From the NCBI GenBank assembly GCA_043804695.1, contig JAZDIV010000150.1, forward strand, positions 1 to 23,683: DNA of 23,683 nt, written 5' to 3'. Below, piece after piece: positions 8,732 through 16,098 of the stretch (position 1 is its first letter; every line of letters begins with the position of its first letter). The DNA comes from PVC group bacterium (lineage in GTDB: Bacteria; Auribacterota; Erginobacteria; Erginobacterales; Erginobacteraceae). The position numbers were made by a program, and so were the translations under genes. The notes beneath the pieces were generated by a model. That model was not told the origin of the DNA and searched no databases. It saw nothing but the letters and a program-made list of their open reading frames with translations.

Positions 8732-9802
8732 ATGGGAAAACTGAAAGGCAAGGATTTAATCTGTACCCAGGAATGGTCGAAGGAAGACCTGGACCGGGTC
8801 TTTAACCTGGCTTTTGAGATGAAGCAGGACCGCTTCGGGGAGAAATATCTCGACATTCTCTTCCGGAAGCAGTTCTTCATGTTCTTCTTCAACCCGTCGG
8901 TCCGGACCCGGCAGTCTTTCGAGGCGGCGGCCACCGAACTCGGCGCCCATGCCCAGTTCCTGGAGCCGAAGGCGATGCGGCTCAAGACAGCCAAGTCGGC
9001 CGGGGAGACGATCGAGGACGCGGCCCAGGTCATGGACCGGTACGCTTTCGGGCTTGGCATCCGCATGCTGGAAGACAAGGTCTCCTATTACGGGGAAGGG
9101 GACGCCCTTATCCGGGAATACGCCAAATTCGCCCGGATGCCGGTGATCTCGATGGCCCACGACAAGTTTCACCCCTGCCAGGGGGTGGCCGACCTGATGG
9201 GCTGGATCGAGTGGCTGGCCGAGGACGGCAAGCTGCAGACCGGCTCCCTGGCCACGACCTTCCAGCCGGACGCGGTGATCGGCAAGAAGTTGCTGATCAC
9301 CTGGTCCCAGGGCGCGCTTTGCCGGTCCCTCTGCTCGGTTCAGGAGGCGGCCCTGATCGGCAGCCGTTACGGGATGGACGTCACCATCGCCCACCCGGAA
9401 GGGTATGACCTCGATCCGGAAGTCATCAAGGCCGCCCGGGTCAACTGCGAGTCGAGGGGACAGGAGTTCGTCGTGACGAACGACCCCGAAGCAGGGTACG
9501 AGGTCGCCCACGTGGTCTATTCCCGGAACTGGATGAGCCCGCAGGCCTACCGGGACGGCGCGCTTCAGAAAGAGGAAGAGGTCGCCCGGGCCAAAACCTA
9601 CACCGACTGGACCTGCACCGCCAAGCGGATGGCCCGGACCGACAACGGGATCTTCACCCACCCGATGCCGATCGACCGGGGCGCCGAGGTGGAGGACGCG
9701 GTGGCCAGCGGCCCTAACTCCTGCATCTACGACGTGGCCGAGAACCGGCTTCACGGCCAGAAGGCGATCATGGCCGCCGTCATGGGGGGGTTTCTGGATT
9801 AA
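8732..9802 (+). CDS. Carbamoyltransferase of the ornithine/aspartate superfamily, atypical (AOTCase/YgeW-like branch), substrate unknown
   Basis: Carbamoyl-phosphate motifs FNPSVRTR and HPCQ; C-terminal AENRLH. Lacks the OTCase DxxxSMG loop and HCLP, having ITWSQGALCRS, VVYSRNW and HPMP instead. RBS AGGAGG at 8718-8723. Confidence 0.9.
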   Translation: MGKLKGKDLICTQEWSKEDLDRVFNLAFEMKQDRFGEKYLDILFRKQFFMFFFNPSVRTRQSFEAAATELGAHAQFLEPKAMRLKTAKSAGETIEDAAQVMDRYAFGLGIRMLEDKVSYYGEGDALIREYAKFARMPVISMAHDKFHPCQGVADLMGWIEWLAEDGKLQTGSLATTFQPDAVIGKKLLITWSQGALCRSLCSVQEAALIGSRYGMDVTIAHPEGYDLDPEVIKAARVNCESRGQEFVVTNDPEAGYEVAHVVYSRNWMSPQAYRDGALQKEEEVARAKTYTDWTCTAKRMARTDNGIFTHPMPIDRGAEVEDAVASGPNSCIYDVAENRLHGQKAIMAAVMGGFLD

Positions 9803-9864
9803 CAACGCCCCGGGAATAGAGATAGTACCGGGTATTGGTCATAATGAAATAACAATGTGGGTAT

Positions 9865-9938
9865 GGAGTGTTGGAGTAATGGAAAGCCGGTTCCCCCCGG
9901 TATCCCACTACTCCAATACTCCAGTACTCCATTACTCC
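9865..9938. repeat. Inverted tandem 8-mer repeat (TGGAGTAN / TACTCCAN), copy 1
   Basis: ggagtgttggagtaatgga ... ctactccaatactccagtactccattactcc; same unit as at 11056-11119. Confidence 0.8.
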
Positions 9939-10013
9939 CCAACGCTTGCCCGGACCCCAACCAATAAAAAGTTGACTGAGGCGAGGGCAGTTCATCTCAG
10001 AAGGAGAACATAG

Positions 10014-10985
10014 ATGAGAAAAGTTATCGTCATCGCCCTGGGCGGGAACGCCATCAAGCAGGCCGATGAAAAAGGCACCGCGGAAGAACAGCGCAAGAAT
10101 GTCGCCACCACCTGCCGGCAGCTGGTCAGCATGCTGCAGTACGGCCATCGCCTGGTGATCACCCACGGGAACGGCCCCCAGGCCGGGAACCTCCTCATCC
10201 AGCAGGAGGCCGGCGTCAACGAAGTGCCGGCCCAGCCGCTGGACATCGTGGGGGCGATGACCCAGGGGCAGATCGGCTACATGTTCCAGCAGATTCTTCA
10301 GAACATGCTCTGGGAAGAGCGGCTTTCCCTCCCGGTGGTCTCGATCGTCAACCAGGTCCTGGTCAGCGAGGACGACCCCGATTACCAGGATCCCAGCAAG
10401 CCCGTCGGCCCGTTCTATACCAGGGAAGAGGCCGATCAGATCAAGGCCGAGCGTCCCGATTACATCATCAAGGAGGTCAAACCCGAGAACGTCGAGAAAC
10501 GGTTCCGCCGGGTTGTCCCCTCTCCCGAGCCGCTCCGCAATATCGAGTACATCGGTATCCGCCGGATGGTCGATGCCGGGATCGTGGTCATCGCTTCCGG
10601 CGGTGGCGGGATTCCGGTGATCTTTGACCAGGACAAGAGCCTGAAGGGGACCGCCGCCGTCATCGACAAGGACAAGGCGGGCGAGGTCCTGGCCACCGTG
10701 GTCGGGGCGGATATTTTCATGGTCCTGACCGACGTCGATCACGCCAAGATCAATTTCGGCAAGCCGGATGAGAAGGACGTCGGGTGCATCACCTACTCGG
10801 AGATGAAGAAGCTTTACGACCAGGGGCACTTCAAGGCCGGGTCGATGGGGCCGAAAGTTTTGGCCTGCCTCCGGTTCATCGAGTGGGGCGGCCAGAGGGC
10901 CATCATCACCAGCCTCGACAAGGCGATCAGCGCCCTGATCGACCAGAGCGGGACCCGAATCGTCCCCGACCGGGTCCGCGGGTAA
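10014..10985 (+). CDS. arcC: Carbamate kinase
   Basis: IALGGNA, ITHGNGPQAG, KPVGPFY, RRVVPSP, SGGGGIPV, AVIDKD and GSMGPKV motifs; RBS AAGGAG. Confidence 0.96.
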   Translation: MRKVIVIALGGNAIKQADEKGTAEEQRKNVATTCRQLVSMLQYGHRLVITHGNGPQAGNLLIQQEAGVNEVPAQPLDIVGAMTQGQIGYMFQQILQNMLWEERLSLPVVSIVNQVLVSEDDPDYQDPSKPVGPFYTREEADQIKAERPDYIIKEVKPENVEKRFRRVVPSPEPLRNIEYIGIRRMVDAGIVVIASGGGGIPVIFDQDKSLKGTAAVIDKDKAGEVLATVVGADIFMVLTDVDHAKINFGKPDEKDVGCITYSEMKKLYDQGHFKAGSMGPKVLACLRFIEWGGQRAIITSLDKAISALIDQSGTRIVPDRVRG

Positions 10986-11055
10986 ACCAGTTCGGAAGGA
11001 ACAAGCGCCTCCGGTCAGCAGACGGGGGTGTTTTGTCGCCTTGCAGAAAGAAGCA

Positions 11056-11119
11056 CGGAGTAATGGAGTACTGGAGGCCACGCTCCAATACTCCATCACT
11101 CCATTACTCCAACACTCCG
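11056..11119. repeat. Inverted tandem 8-mer repeat (TGGAGTAN / TACTCCAN), copy 2
   Basis: cggagtaatggagtactggag-gccacg-ctccaatactccatcactccattactccaacactccg. Confidence 0.8.
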
Positions 11120-11171
11120 GTTAACCGGATCCCGGCAGCATCAGGTTAGACTATGTAAGGATTATGTTCTG

Positions 11172-12404
11172 ATGGATAAAATAGTTGGTCTGAAGTGTCT
11201 TTCCTGCGGATGCGAGGTTGTCTGCGAGGGGATGCAGTATCTCTGCGACAGGTGCGGCTGCAACTTCGACATGGTCTATGATTATGGGGAGATCAGGAAG
11301 GTGCTGACCCGCAGCTCCCTGGCCGGGGACAAGAACTTTTCCGTCTGGCGGTACTGGGATCTCCTCCCTCTCTCCGACCGCTCTCATATCATGCCGCTCC
11401 AGATCGGCTGGACCCCTCTCTATCGGGCATCCCGGCTGGAGAAAAAACTGGGCCTGAAGGCCCTCTACCTGAAAGACGACGGGAGGAATCCGAGCGCCTC
11501 CTTCAAGGATCGGGCCAGCTCGGTGGCGATCTGCAAAGCGCTCGAGCTGGGATTTGAGACCATCGCCGGCGCCTCGACCGGGAATGCCGCCTCCTCCACC
11601 GCCTGCCTCTGTGCCAGCCTGGGGATCAGCCCCGTCATCTTCGTTCCGGCTGCGGCCCCGGAGGCCAAGGTCGCCCAGCTTCTGGTTTTCGGAGCCACGG
11701 TTTACGCGGTGGAGGGGTCGTACGACGACGCTTTCGACCTCTGCTCGGAAGTCTGCCGCGAATACGGCTGGTTCAACCGGAACACCGGGTATAACCCCTA
11801 TACCCGGGAAGGGAAGAAGACCGTTTCCTTCGAGATCTGCGAGCAGCTGGAATGGGAGGTCCCGGATACGGTTCTGGTGCCGGTCGGGGACGGGAATATC
11901 TTCACCGGAGTCTGGAAAGGGTTCAAGGATCTGAAGGGGGTCGGGCTGGTCGATCGTCTTCCCCGTCTGATCGCCGTCCAGTCCGACAAGAGTTCCGCGG
12001 TGGTCGACGCCGTCCTGGGAGATGGTGTCGTCAGGCCGGTCCAGGCTACGACAATCGCCGACAGCATTTCGGTCGACCTTCCCCGGGATGGCTCCGCCGC
12101 GGTCCGGGCGGTCCGGGAGTCGGGGGGGACGGGCGTCCTGGTCAGCGACGAAGATATCCTCCGGTCCATCCTGACGGTCGCCCGGGGAGCGGGTATCTTC
12201 GCCGAGCCGGCCGGGGCCACGGCCTACGCCGGCCTGGAGAAGCTGTGTGCCGAAGGAAAGATCGGTGATAATGAGACGGTGGTCTGCCTGGTGACCGGAA
12301 ACGGCCTCAAGGACGTCAAGTCGGCGATCAAGGTGGCCGGGAAGCCGGTCTCGATCAGCCCCACCCTCGACGCCTTCCGCTCAGTTGCCGGGGAAGGAAA
12401 ATAG
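11172..12404 (+). CDS. Threonine-synthase-like fold-type II PLP enzyme with N-terminal zinc ribbon
   Basis: CxxC...CxxC at the N-terminus, GWTPL, NPSASFKDR (PLP lysine), ASTGNA, TIADSI, AEPAGA, TGNGLKD. Symbol withheld because the substrate-phosphate motifs look altered. Confidence 0.88.
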   Translation: MDKIVGLKCLSCGCEVVCEGMQYLCDRCGCNFDMVYDYGEIRKVLTRSSLAGDKNFSVWRYWDLLPLSDRSHIMPLQIGWTPLYRASRLEKKLGLKALYLKDDGRNPSASFKDRASSVAICKALELGFETIAGASTGNAASSTACLCASLGISPVIFVPAAAPEAKVAQLLVFGATVYAVEGSYDDAFDLCSEVCREYGWFNRNTGYNPYTREGKKTVSFEICEQLEWEVPDTVLVPVGDGNIFTGVWKGFKDLKGVGLVDRLPRLIAVQSDKSSAVVDAVLGDGVVRPVQATTIADSISVDLPRDGSAAVRAVRESGGTGVLVSDEDILRSILTVARGAGIFAEPAGATAYAGLEKLCAEGKIGDNETVVCLVTGNGLKDVKSAIKVAGKPVSISPTLDAFRSVAGEGK

Positions 12405-12417
12405 ATCCCGCTCTCAT

Positions 12418-12475
12418 CTGTGGGAGAGGTTTTCAACCTCGATCGCGAACTGTGGGAGAGGTTTCCAACCTCGAT
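12418..12475. repeat. Tandem pair of REP-like 26-nt palindromic units
   Basis: ctgtgggagaggttttcaacctcgat (12418-12443) and ctgtgggagaggtttccaacctcgat (12450-12475), one mismatch; each has GTGG followed by a GAGGTT/AACCTC stem. Confidence 0.75.
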
Positions 12476-12496
12476 GCGCCCCGATGCGGTTCCCGG

Positions 12497-12757
12497 CTAT
12501 TTACTTTCCCGAAGGTACCTTTCTTTGATCCATTCCCGGATCATCGGTTGATAGCGCTTCCTTTTTTGCCTGGCCAGCTCTTTAATCCCGTCGATCAACT
12601 CGGGCTCCATCCTCAGCGTCACCATTTTTTTCTTCGGAATCCTGATTTCCACGTCTACCGGATTGTCGAAGTCAAAATAATCGGTGACATCCTGCTTATC
12701 CCAGAATTCGGACTCCTCCGGCAACGACCTGAACTTGGGCATAGTGTTCTTTTTCAT
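12497..12757 (-). CDS. CopG/BrnA-like antitoxin (C-terminal ribbon-helix-helix)
   Basis: 86 aa from ATG at 12757, overlapping the toxin stop (ATGA). PKFRSxxEExEFWD at the N-terminus and VTLRM...IKELARQK..YQPMIREWI RHH at the C-terminus. Confidence 0.85.
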   Translation of the reverse strand: MKKNTMPKFRSLPEESEFWDKQDVTDYFDFDNPVDVEIRIPKKKMVTLRMEPELIDGIKELARQKRKRYQPMIREWIKERYLRESK

Positions 12758-13044
12758 CTTTGGTATCTTCTCTTTTCGGTGCCGCTCATCATCCGGGCGG
12801 TGATGACTCGAGCGACATGCTTTTTCTCCATGACAAAAATCACCGTTATATATTTCCCCGAAAAAGTTCGTCCCAGCGCGGCATATCGCCATCTTGATTT
12901 GATTTCTTTCTTGGAGCGGACTATCAATGGTCGATCTGTTTGATTAAGAAATACCTCGGTTATTTCATCAAAAGCCAAACCGTGTTTGGCGGCAATTTTT
13001 TCTTCCATTTCTCTGTTCGCGGGATAGACAGCGTCAATCCTCAT
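12754..13044 (-). CDS. BrnT-like (RelE-fold) ribonuclease toxin
   Basis: KIAAKHGLAFDEITEVF, RYAALGRT, YITVIF, RVITAR and EKRRY motifs; upstream of and translationally coupled to the antitoxin; start set at ATG 13044. Confidence 0.85.
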   Translation of the reverse strand: MRIDAVYPANREMEEKIAAKHGLAFDEITEVFLNQTDRPLIVRSKKEIKSRWRYAALGRTFSGKYITVIFVMEKKHVARVITARMMSGTEKRRYQR

Positions 13045-13050
13045 GCCTTC

Positions 13051-13078
13051 AACGTACCATGGAATCAGCATATGTCAA
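13051..13078 (-). promoter_or_regulatory. Promoter of the TA operon, probably giving a leaderless mRNA
   Basis: Minus strand TTGACA-16 nt-TACGTT with TG extension; the ATG begins 7 nt after the -10 box. Confidence 0.6.
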
Positions 13079-13161
13079 TACAAATGTATGTATGTTATGC
13101 CCACTGTGAGACTTCCGCCGATTTGAAATTATCCTGAAATTATCCTTTTAATATTCCCTGA

Positions 13162-13190
13162 TTGCCCTATATCTGTTATATTCCTATCAT
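13162..13190 (+). promoter_or_regulatory. Candidate sigma70 promoter of the fibre-like gene
   Basis: TTGCCC-17 nt-TATCAT, preceded by tandem TGAAATTATCC x2 (13124-13145). Confidence 0.4.
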
Positions 13191-13282
13191 CCTGGTTTCG
13201 CATAATATGGCTGTCCGTCATTAAAATCCGTCTGAAGGGGATCGTGTTATCAATCCCGGTACGATTTAGCATTTTTTAACTA

Positions 13283-13325
13283 ACCCGATTTATGCCGGCC
13301 TGATACAGGCAGACATAAATCGGGT
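13283..13325 (+). promoter_or_regulatory. Leader hairpin upstream of the RBS of the fibre-like gene
   Basis: acccgatttatg / cataaatcgggt 12-bp stem plus inner gcctg/caggc; GGAGGTG RBS at 13333-13339. Confidence 0.5.
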
Positions 13326-13343
13326 CAACACGGGAGGTGAAGA

Positions 13344-14702
13344 ATGAAGCAAGTGTTGACAGTGGTGGTTATGCTGGCGGCAATGTGCTCAACGCTGACC
13401 GCCCTGGGCGCCGACTTCAACGGCGATGGGTACGACGATATCGCCGTTTTCCGGCCCTCGACCGGTCTCTGGGCGATCCGCGACCAGGGAAGGTACTACT
13501 TCGGGCAAGATGGTGATATCCCGGTGCCGGGGAAGTTCGTCAGCTCAAGCCATGACAGCATCGCCATCTTCCGGCCCACGGAAGGCCTCTGGGCGATCAA
13601 CGGGGGCGCCCGGTATTACTTCGGCGGCGAGGCCGGCGACATCCCGATCGGAGCCTGCGCCAGCGGCGTCGGTGATAGCCTCTGGACCCAGAGTGGAAAC
13701 AACATCTACTACGACGCGGGCTACGTCGGCATCGGAACCACCGAACCAAGATTTAACCTCGATATTTATCGGGATTCGTCCTATTGGTCGTACCTTCGTT
13801 TTACCAACACCACCACCGGAACCGCGGATGGAAACGGCGTCCTGGTCGGGATTGACCCCGATGAAGATTTCCGGATCCATTCTTACGAGGCAAACAACAT
13901 CAAATTCTTCATCAACAACGATGAAAAAATGAGGATTCAGAACGACGGGGATGTCGGAATCGGCACCACGAACCCATACGAAAAACTCCACGTCCAGGAC
14001 AGCTCGAGTGGTTGGTATGTGGCCATGTTTGAGAATATATCCGACAATAGTTCCGCAAAACTTTTAAGTTTAAGGATAAATAAGAATCACCCGGGCACGA
14101 GCAACGAATATATAGCATTTTACCAGGATACTGGTTCTATTGGCGCAATCACAGGCGACGGCGCCGGTGGGGTTTGTTTCACCGGAAGCAGCTGTGACTT
14201 TGCTGAGTACCTGCCCCGGCTGATGGCTGACGAGGACATCGGAGCAGGAGACCTGGTCGGTGTTCAGGGAGGCAAGATCACCAAAGATACCAGTGAGGTT
14301 GAACAGATTAAGATCGTCTCCACGGCCCCGATCGTCCTCGGTAATTCTCCCGGAAAGGAAAAAGAACATCTCTGCGAGAAAGTTGCCTTTATGGGGCAGG
14401 TACCGGCCAGAGTACGGGGAAAGGTACAGACCGGGGATTACATCGTTCCTTCGGGATTGAATGATGGTATAGGAATGGCCATTGCCCCCGACAAACTTAC
14501 CTCCGACGATTGTGCTCAGATTGTGGGGAGTGCCTGGGAAGCTTCGAATGATGAGGGAGTAAAGCTGGTCAATATTTCAGTTGGACTGGGAGCCACAGCC
14601 AAAGCTTCTCAACAGCTGAGCCTCGCGAAAGACCGGAAGATCGACGACCTCACCGCCCGCCTGGAAGTGCTGGAGCGGATGGTGAAAGAAGGGAAGCAGT
14701 GA
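13344..14702 (+). CDS. Secreted protein with two FG-GAP-like repeats, tail-fibre-like GIGT repeats and a putative C-terminal intramolecular chaperone domain
   Basis: Signal peptide; DFNGDGYDDIAVFRPSTGLW and SIAIFRPTEGLW repeats; GYVGIGTTEP and GDVGIGTTNP; DFAEY...IVSTAP...FMGQVP...GDYIV...IVGSAWE; terminal coiled coil IDDLTARLEVLE. Confidence 0.8.
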   Translation: MKQVLTVVVMLAAMCSTLTALGADFNGDGYDDIAVFRPSTGLWAIRDQGRYYFGQDGDIPVPGKFVSSSHDSIAIFRPTEGLWAINGGARYYFGGEAGDIPIGACASGVGDSLWTQSGNNIYYDAGYVGIGTTEPRFNLDIYRDSSYWSYLRFTNTTTGTADGNGVLVGIDPDEDFRIHSYEANNIKFFINNDEKMRIQNDGDVGIGTTNPYEKLHVQDSSSGWYVAMFENISDNSSAKLLSLRINKNHPGTSNEYIAFYQDTGSIGAITGDGAGGVCFTGSSCDFAEYLPRLMADEDIGAGDLVGVQGGKITKDTSEVEQIKIVSTAPIVLGNSPGKEKEHLCEKVAFMGQVPARVRGKVQTGDYIVPSGLNDGIGMAIAPDKLTSDDCAQIVGSAWEASNDEGVKLVNISVGLGATAKASQQLSLAKDRKIDDLTARLEVLERMVKEGKQ

Positions 14703-14715
14703 CCTCCGGGAAGGG

Positions 14716-14756
14716 CTTATTTAACAAATAAGGTCAAGCCTGTTTTGTTAAATAAG
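14716..14756. terminator. Stem-loop between convergent genes (possible bidirectional terminator)
   Basis: cttatttaacaaa / tttgttaaataag 13-bp stem between the stops at 14702 and 14764. Confidence 0.5.
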
Positions 14757-14763
14757 GGGTGGT

Positions 14764-15987
14764 TTAATCTGTTTCGTACCCGGCTTTCCTGATCGCCCGG
14801 GCCAGGTCTTTCCGGTTGAGTCCTGCTCCCCGGACCCGGACCGTGCCCGTCCGGAGGTCGGGGGCGGCTTCCGTGACCCCCGCGACCGCCTCCAGGGCGT
14901 CCTTGACCGTCTTGACACAGTGGTGGCAGGTCATGCCCCGGACGCGGATGGTCTGCTCCGCCGCACCGGTCTCCGGCCGCCCGGTCGTTGCCGGTCGCTT
15001 TCGCAGAATCCGCCGTCCCAGCAGGAGGACGAGGATGACGGACAGGGCGGCCGCGCAGACAGTCTGCAGCAGGCTCCCGCCCGCGGCGTGATGGTGGGCC
15101 GCCTGTCCTCTGCTCCCGATCACCCAATCGAAGGTCAGCCCCAGCGCGATGCTCATCACCGCCACCGTCCCCAGGTAGATGGCGAGGACCCGTTTCCCCA
15201 GGACGCGATAGACGGCTCCCAGGGTGGCGATGTTGGTGGCCGGGCCAGCCATCAGGAAGACCAGTGCGGCCCCGGTCGGCATCCCGGCCGCGATCAGGGA
15301 GGCCGCGATCGGGACTGACCCGGTGGTGCAGACGTAGAGGGGGAGAGCGATCGCCAGAACGATCAGCATCCCTCCGATCCCCCCGGTCCAGGCCGAGCCG
15401 GAAAGATATCCCCCCGGAATCGTGATGGCGATGATGGCGGAGACCACCACCCCGAGGACGATCCAGATGTCGATTGATCCGAGCAGTTCAAAAATGCCGT
15501 AGCGGAGGACTTCCGCCGGCGTTTTAGAGACGCCGTCCCCGCGTGGTTGCGCGGCGGCGGCGGTTTTTTCTTCCCCCGCCTGCTTTCCGGTCAAGTTGAC
15601 CAGTGTCCCCCCGATCATCCCGGTGACGAAGGCGGCCAGGACCTTGAAGAGAGCGAAGGGCCAGCCCAGGAACGTTGCCGAGACCAGGATCGAGTCCACG
15701 CCGGTCTGCGGGGTGCTGATCAGGAAACCGGTGGCCGCGCCCGGGGAGGCGCCTTCGTTTTTGAGCCCGATCGTGGTCGGGATGACTCCGCAGGAACAGA
15801 GCGGCATCGGGATGCCGAGCAGGACCGCCCGGAGCACGCTTCCGACGGTGCTCCGGCTCAGGTGCCGCGAGACCAGCCCGGGAGGAAGAAAGACGTGGAG
15901 GAGCCCCGCGATCAGTGTTCCCAGGAGGAGGGGAGGGGACAGCTCCAGCAACACCGCCCAGGCGGTGATGAAGAATTCGGCGATCAT
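14764..15987 (-). CDS. DUF318 (SO_0444-like) metal permease fused to a C-terminal heavy-metal-associated (HMA) domain
   Basis: PMPLCSCGVIP, STPQTGVDS, LYVCTTGSVP and AGPATN motifs; HHH linker; C-terminal VRGMTCHHC...AIRKAGY HMA domain. Confidence 0.9.
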   Translation of the reverse strand: MIAEFFITAWAVLLELSPPLLLGTLIAGLLHVFLPPGLVSRHLSRSTVGSVLRAVLLGIPMPLCSCGVIPTTIGLKNEGASPGAATGFLISTPQTGVDSILVSATFLGWPFALFKVLAAFVTGMIGGTLVNLTGKQAGEEKTAAAAQPRGDGVSKTPAEVLRYGIFELLGSIDIWIVLGVVVSAIIAITIPGGYLSGSAWTGGIGGMLIVLAIALPLYVCTTGSVPIAASLIAAGMPTGAALVFLMAGPATNIATLGAVYRVLGKRVLAIYLGTVAVMSIALGLTFDWVIGSRGQAAHHHAAGGSLLQTVCAAALSVILVLLLGRRILRKRPATTGRPETGAAEQTIRVRGMTCHHCVKTVKDALEAVAGVTEAAPDLRTGTVRVRGAGLNRKDLARAIRKAGYETD

Positions 15988-16098
15988 GGTTCGGAAGGCG
16001 ACGCCCGCAGCTTGGATTTTTGATCAGTCGGATCCGTCCAATCCGTCCGACCCGATTGAATAAAATACCACTTTTCCCGCGCGGCCGCCATAACATGA

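Noticed and set aside
8732..10985. Standard arginine deiminase (arcABC) operon
   Set aside because: No arcA or arcD in the window, and the transferase lacks OTCase ornithine-binding motifs; arcA elsewhere in the genome cannot be excluded.
9780..11099. 439-aa minus-strand ORF (likewise 2976-4121, 4509-5447, 8756-9805, 19392-20177, 21879-22799)
   Set aside because: Antisense shadows of well-supported GC-rich genes; the MEYWS/HYSNTP segments are just translated intergenic repeats.
12418..12475. Possible mini CRISPR array
   Set aside because: Only two units with a 6-nt spacer and no cas genes; REP-like instead.
12758..12892. N-terminal extension of the antitoxin ORF given in the track
   Set aside because: Overlaps the toxin out of frame; the ATGA-coupled start at 12757 gives a typical 86-aa antitoxin.
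13195..13260. Purine-riboswitch-like words (cgcataatatgg...tgtccg)
   Set aside because: Lacks the P2/P3 stems and the TTTCTACC junction; spacing is far too short.
13344..14702. Prophage or diversity-generating retroelement target
   Set aside because: The protein has a signal peptide, there are no phage neighbours or reverse transcriptase, and no adenine-variant TR/VR pair was seen in the window.
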